A stretch of DNA of 64,000 nt from Candidatus Aenigmatarchaeota archaeon (GTDB lineage: Archaea > Aenigmatarchaeota > Aenigmatarchaeia > CG10238-14 > SCSR01): assembly GCA_038998335.1 (NCBI GenBank), contig JAVZHQ010000002.1, positions 74,689 through 138,688 on the forward strand, in the 5' to 3' direction. Shown one piece after another: positions 59,630 to 64,000 of the stretch. A program made the position numbers and the translations under genes. Within the stretch, counting starts at the first letter, position 1. Each line of letters begins with the position of its first letter. The notes under the pieces were generated by a model, which ran no database searches, was not told the origin of the DNA, and saw only the letters and a program-made list of their open reading frames with translations.

Positions 59630-59893
59630 ATGCCAAAAAAATCCGAAGCAGAGTACAAAATCTACTCTTTTGTTTGCCAAAATCCAGGCTTATGTACTTA
59701 TGAAATCTCAAAAAGATTGTTTATGAGTGGTGGGAAAGTAAGATATTTTCTTTCTAGACTTAAGAAAAAGGGATTGGTAAAATTTAGGTTTGATAGAAAA
59801 AATCCAAGAATTAGAAAACTTACTTACCCTGTGAGTAGTTTAGAACTTCTTCCAAGGAAAATTAAAATTCAACTTAAAAATCTTAAGATTTAG
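59630..59893 (+). CDS. small wHTH protein
   Basis: NPGLCTYEISKRL.MSGGKVRYFLSRLKKKGLV. Confidence 0.75.
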   Translation: MPKKSEAEYKIYSFVCQNPGLCTYEISKRLFMSGGKVRYFLSRLKKKGLVKFRFDRKNPRIRKLTYPVSSLELLPRKIKIQLKNLKI

Positions 59894-60005
59894 GCTATAT
59901 ACCTTAAATCTTTTTCATGTTCTTTATGAAGTCTCATGTACTTTTCTAACTCTTTCAAAGCCCATTTCTTCAATTTTTCTTCAGAATTTTTTCTTTTTTT
60001 CTTTT

Positions 60006-61103
60006 TCATAATGTCATCTTTTCAAATTTTATCTTTAAATCCTTTTCTCCCCAAGAAAAAACAGGAACATTTCTTCTCAATTTTTTAAACCTTTCACTTA
60101 ATGAATGAGAAATTATCGGTAAAGCTATGGTCGCATCAGCATAGCAAGTCGCCATTCTTGAACCTTTAGATTCTTTCCCCCAGCTTATCGCTTCCTCAAA
60201 AGTACAACCAGACAAACCACCCCATTGAGGAGAATCTGTAGTTATCTGAATCGCAAAGTTATGGGATTTTTCATGTCTTGTTTGATAACTTGCTATTACT
60301 GCTGTCTGTTGAATAAAGTTTTTTGGTGTACCGCCACCAATATAAATAACTCCACTATACTTTGTTTTTTCCCTTATTCTTGCTGTTTCGTGAACATCTT
60401 TAAGGTAATCTACTATTATGTTCTTCTTTTGAAGTGTGATTAGTTCGCCACCAAACTTTATAGTTTTTTCTTTTTTCCTTCTGTTTGCTATCATTAAAGA
60501 AAAACCTATGCAACTATCACCAAAAGCTGGACAAAAAATTGGCACACCATTCTTATAAGCTGATAGTATGATTGAATCTTTTTCCCTTCCGTATTTTGAT
60601 AAAAATTTTCCTAGCAATTCGAATACTTCCCTCGAAGAATATGGGTAATTATCTTCTAACATCATGCTAAATGGACCAGAAATTATGTTATCAAGCTTAT
60701 AGAATTTTCTTTCATCGGCAAAAACATCATAAATTCTGTCAACTCTCATTTTTCTCAATTTATGATCGTCTATCATATGAGTTCCGATAAAATGTTTCAT
60801 TCCCATAGCTTCGCAGAAATCATGGTACATATTTGCTCCAGTTGTAACTAAAACATCTATCATCCTTCTTTTAATAAAATAAGAAATTATTTTTCTCATT
60901 CCTGCAGGAACCATTGCTCCTGCCAAACCAAACCATATAACTAAATTCTTTCTTTTGAGCATTCTTGACCAAATTTCTATTACTTCTGCTAATTTTCTCC
61001 CTTGAAAACCAATAGCCAGCATTTCATTTGTAAGTTCACTTATTTTCTTTTCAGGCCAAACTTCTATAGGCTCAGTTGGATGAGCTAAAAATTTTTTTCT
61101 CAT
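60006..61103 (-). CDS. dys: deoxyhypusine synthase
   Basis: GFQG, TTGAN..HD, GGGTPKNF, GGLSGCTFEEAISWGK, DATIALP. Confidence 0.92.
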   Translation of the reverse strand: MRKKFLAHPTEPIEVWPEKKISELTNEMLAIGFQGRKLAEVIEIWSRMLKRKNLVIWFGLAGAMVPAGMRKIISYFIKRRMIDVLVTTGANMYHDFCEAMGMKHFIGTHMIDDHKLRKMRVDRIYDVFADERKFYKLDNIISGPFSMMLEDNYPYSSREVFELLGKFLSKYGREKDSIILSAYKNGVPIFCPAFGDSCIGFSLMIANRRKKEKTIKFGGELITLQKKNIIVDYLKDVHETARIREKTKYSGVIYIGGGTPKNFIQQTAVIASYQTRHEKSHNFAIQITTDSPQWGGLSGCTFEEAISWGKESKGSRMATCYADATIALPIISHSLSERFKKLRRNVPVFSWGEKDLKIKFEKMTL

Positions 61104-61217
61104 TTTTAAATAAATTATAGTTTCTTGAAAATAAAAAGTATTAGCTATTTTATAAAATATGTAAAAGAGAATAGAAAATTACTTTAAAAAGTTTGTGTAA
61201 AAAAATAAATGAATTCT

Positions 61218-61373
61218 ATGAAAGTCATAAAAAATCTCAAATGCCCAAAATGCAAAAAGCCAATTCCTTATAGAACTTTAAAACTAACAGAAGGGAGATG
61301 TAATCATTGTGGTTATATAATTGCTTCTTCTATCCTTAAGTTTGCAAATAATGGAAATAAAAAACTTGATTAA
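61218..61373 (+). CDS. zinc-ribbon microprotein, absent from ORF track
   Basis: LKCPKCKK...GRCNHCGY; paralog at 62264-62422. Confidence 0.65.
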   Translation: MKVIKNLKCPKCKKPIPYRTLKLTEGRCNHCGYIIASSILKFANNGNKKLD

Positions 61374-61395
61374 TACTCTGCTTCTATAATCTTTT

Positions 61396-62262
61396 ATGGA
61401 AGAAGAAGTTAAAGAAAAATATAAAAAAGCTTGTTCGATTTCTCAAGAAGTAAGAGAATATGCAAAAAGTCTAATTAAAGAGGGTATAAGAGTTGTAGAA
61501 GTAGCAGAAAAGATTGAAAAGAAAATAGAAGAGTTAGGAGGTAAACCTGCATTTCCAACAAACATTTCTATAAACGAAATAACTGCTCATTATTCCCCTG
61601 ACCTAGGAGATCCTACTATCTTCAAAGATGAGGATTTGGTTAAAGTAGATATAGGAGTGCATGTGGACGGATATATCTGGGATAGCGCTTTTACTGTTTG
61701 TGTGAATAAAAAAACCCATCCTCTAATAGAAGTTTCAGAAAAAGCTTTAAGTGAAGCTTTAAAATTAATTAAGCCTGGCACAAAAGTTTATGAGATTTCA
61801 GAAGTTGTTGAAAAGACAATAACTGAAAACGGCTTTAACCCTGTGAGAAACCTTTGTGGGCATGGATTAGAAAGATTTAATCAGCACGCTTCTCCAACCA
61901 TACCCAACTGTAAAAACTCTATTCAAGAAGAAATAAAAGAAGGTCAAGCTATAGCAATGGAAGTTTTTGTAACAAACGGTTCTGGTTGGGTTAAAGAATC
62001 TTACCCCACTTTAATTTATAAGTACAAACAAGATAAGCCAATCCGACTTTGGGAAGGAAGAAAAATCCTAGAGTTAGCAAAAGTAAAGTTTGAGAAGCTA
62101 CCATTTTCAAAGAGATGGCTTATTGGTATAATTAGTCCCTTGAAAATTGACCTAGCCCTGAGGCAACTTGTGGAAATAGATGCTCTGATAGAGTATCCAA
62201 TCTTAAAAGAGGATAGTAATGGTCTAGTTGCACAGTCAGAAGAAACCATTTTAGTAGAATAA
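61396..62262 (+). CDS. map: methionine aminopeptidase type II
   Basis: AFP.N.S.N..AHYSP, KVDIGVHVDG..DSA, NLCGH, EVF, SEET. Confidence 0.95.
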   Translation: MEEEVKEKYKKACSISQEVREYAKSLIKEGIRVVEVAEKIEKKIEELGGKPAFPTNISINEITAHYSPDLGDPTIFKDEDLVKVDIGVHVDGYIWDSAFTVCVNKKTHPLIEVSEKALSEALKLIKPGTKVYEISEVVEKTITENGFNPVRNLCGHGLERFNQHASPTIPNCKNSIQEEIKEGQAIAMEVFVTNGSGWVKESYPTLIYKYKQDKPIRLWEGRKILELAKVKFEKLPFSKRWLIGIISPLKIDLALRQLVEIDALIEYPILKEDSNGLVAQSEETILVE

Positions 62263-62263
62263 T

Positions 62264-62422
62264 TTACTTTACGTACTTGCTTCTTATTCTAGATCTTGCA
62301 GAAGAGAACTTTGCTATTATTGCAGAAACTAGAAATCCGCAATTACTGCACTTACCCCTATTTTTTATAAGTTCTTTTTTGAGAACTTTTCTTCCACATT
62401 TCGGGCATTTAAGCGTTCGCAT
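62264..62422 (-). CDS. zinc-ribbon microprotein, absent from ORF track
   Basis: LKCPKCGR...GKCSNCGF; paralog of 61218-61373. Confidence 0.65.
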   Translation of the reverse strand: MRTLKCPKCGRKVLKKELIKNRGKCSNCGFLVSAIIAKFSSARSRIRSKYVK

Positions 62423-62423
62423 A

Positions 62424-62660
62424 TTATCTTATCCTTCTTGTCCAATAATAGACTGAACCCGCTTTATTTTTTTGAATAACTTTTTTTTCTTCAACTAAAA
62501 CTTTAAGCTGACTTTTAATGGAGTTCAAAGAGACGATTCTTTTAACCTTTTCGTTAACCTTGAAATTTATTGGGAGAATTTTTAAAGGAACTGGTGATTC
62601 GTTCAAAACTTCTAAAATAGCAGGACCTAGAGAACTGTCTCTATTCTTACTCTTGGCCAT
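62424..62660 (-). CDS. small wHTH-like protein
   Basis: ILEVL...SLNSIKSQLKVLVEEKKV...YYW. Confidence 0.6.
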   Translation of the reverse strand: MAKSKNRDSSLGPAILEVLNESPVPLKILPINFKVNEKVKRIVSLNSIKSQLKVLVEEKKVIQKNKAGSVYYWTRRIR

Positions 62661-62872
62661 AATATTATTATGGTTTTTTCTATAAAAAAAGCTAACATAC
62701 TAAAAGTGAAAAATTAATAAAAAAAAGAGTTTTAAAGTTTTTAAAAACAAAAATAAGACTTAAAATTTCTTATAATTAAAAACAAAATCAAATATTTTCT
62801 TTTTTAACGCTAGATAAAGAGAAATTTATATCTTTTTGAGGTTTAAATAATATTTTAAAGTCATTACTCCAG

Positions 62873-63169
62873 TTGGCGCATTTAGGTGAAAATATGAGAA
62901 AAGATAAAGTTCAAAACCTTATAAAAATAATTAAGTGTTTAAAACAGTCAGAAGAGGGTTGGCTTTGGATAAGAGAAATAGCAAGAAGGACAAAATTACA
63001 CCATAAAACTGTCTCTAGACTTATAAACACCCATTTAAGTATGTTTGTTGATATCCAAAAATTTGAGCCTTTTAACGTGCAAATGGTTAGATTAAAACCT
63101 GGAACCGATATAAATGGTATATTTAGATTTCTTTCGGTAATGGATAAACTAGAAACAACTAAAAAATAG
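62873..63169 (+). CDS. HTH protein
   Basis: WLWIREIARRTKLHHKTVSRLI; ATG start probably 62894. Confidence 0.75.
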   Translation: MAHLGENMRKDKVQNLIKIIKCLKQSEEGWLWIREIARRTKLHHKTVSRLINTHLSMFVDIQKFEPFNVQMVRLKPGTDINGIFRFLSVMDKLETTKK

Positions 63170-63191
63170 CTTCTTTTTATACCAAATTAAA

Positions 63192-63929
63192 TTACTTGGT
63201 TTGAAGATTTAAATCGCTTTGAAGCGCTTCAAAGCGATATCTTACCCAACCCTGACCATCTTTTTCAAACCTTTCTATTTTGTCTGTTCTTTTAGCCATA
63301 TTTGAAAGTAAACCCCTTAGCCCTGAGGTGTCTTTCCACCCTAGTTTTTGTGCAAGATCCTTGTAGCTTATTTCTTTACATTCTTTTATAATAGCTAAAA
63401 CTTCTTCCATTTTTGGTGTTAAAGGTAATTGAGATTCTATTTTTTCTATTTGAGTCATTATTTCAGTTTTAATAGGTTCTGGTGAAATTTCTGCCGTTTT
63501 TTTAAGAGATTCTATAGAATTTTGAATTATTTCAAATCTTTTTGACATATTTTCATCGTGTTGCTTTAAAATTTCTTTTATCTCATTAACAGTCATTAAA
63601 GGAATTTCAAACTTAGACAAAAACCAGTCCTTTGAAACCATTTGAGTCTCTATTCTATTCAACGAAGCCTCGATTTCTTTTAGAGCCCTTCCTGTATACC
63701 CAGCAGCTATGCCTAATTGAAGAGATTCTTTTTCAAGCTCTAGGGTTTCTGATTGCGGTGTTTCTGGTTGAATTTTGGTTTCTGAAGTAGCGATTTGAAG
63801 CGCTTTGAAGCGCTCTTGAAGCGCTTTTTCATCGCTTTGAAGCGCTTTTAAATCGTTTGAAGCGCTTTGAAGCGCTTCAGGACTGCGCTTTTTTCTAAAA
63901 AACTGCAATAATCGATCAATTAAGCTCAC
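63192..63929 (-). CDS. coiled-coil protein with C-terminal wHTH
   Basis: LTPKMEEVL..I...EISYKDLAQKLG...GLRGLLS. Confidence 0.7.
   Translation of the reverse strand: MSLIDRLLQFFRKKRSPEALQSASNDLKALQSDEKALQERFKALQIATSETKIQPETPQSETLELEKESLQLGIAAGYTGRALKEIEASLNRIETQMVSKDWFLSKFEIPLMTVNEIKEILKQHDENMSKRFEIIQNSIESLKKTAEISPEPIKTEIMTQIEKIESQLPLTPKMEEVLAIIKECKEISYKDLAQKLGWKDTSGLRGLLSNMAKRTDKIERFEKDGQGWVRYRFEALQSDLNLQTK
63213..63238. repeat. perfect 26-bp palindrome ATCGCTTTGAAGCGCTTCAAAGCGAT
   Basis: self reverse-complement, checked by hand. Confidence 0.9.
63795..63876. repeat. six copies of TTGAAGCGCT
   Basis: starts at 63795, 63805, 63816, 63837, 63857, 63867. Confidence 0.9.
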
Positions 63930-64000
63930 TATTAATATTATGATTTACTTCCTTATAAACTTTCACTTTTTAAAATAAAGCTAGTAACTTCACTTTTTAT

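Noticed and set aside
62264-62422. Ribosomal protein L40e or similar Zn-ribbon ribosomal protein
   Set aside because: Cys spacing and flanking residues do not fit; it matches the local paralog at 61218 instead
63795-63876. CRISPR array
   Set aside because: Repeats are 10 bp with 0-11 nt gaps inside a CDS; no spacers or cas genes

Overview
AT-rich archaeal chromosome segment. Gene content (class I LysRS, split rpoB and rpoA, stand-alone 5S rRNA, intron-rich tRNAs, many short membrane proteins) suggests a DPANN, possibly Aenigmarchaeota-like, lineage; this is inference. It is mostly information-processing genes: cdc6, lysS, ftsY/srp54, the trmY-pus10-rpl21e-rpo4 cluster, rnz, cca, elp3, thrS, lig, the rpoH-rpoB-rpoA-rpl30e-nusA-rps12-rps7-EF2-EF1a superoperon, rps10, cmk, polB, mat, dys and map. 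There are six tRNA genes, five of which carry eight predicted BHB/BHL introns in total. Main discoveries: (1) rps10 is broken by an in-frame stop, but removing a 29-nt tRNA-type bulge-helix-bulge intron (53249-53277) restores a complete 106-aa S10, i.e. a candidate mRNA intron in a ribosomal protein gene. A free-standing two-motif LAGLIDADG endonuclease gene abuts the rps10 start codon, suggesting a linked intron/endonuclease homing system. (2) A 7.2-kb tyrosine-recombinase element bounded by perfect 21-bp inverted repeats (44272-51504) is inserted at, and supplies, the EF-1a stop codon, and carries a PabI-like restriction-modification module. (3) A triple-intron initiator tRNA. (4) Helically phased TTGAAGCGCT repeats plus a 26-bp palindrome inside a coiled-coil/wHTH gene at the window end.
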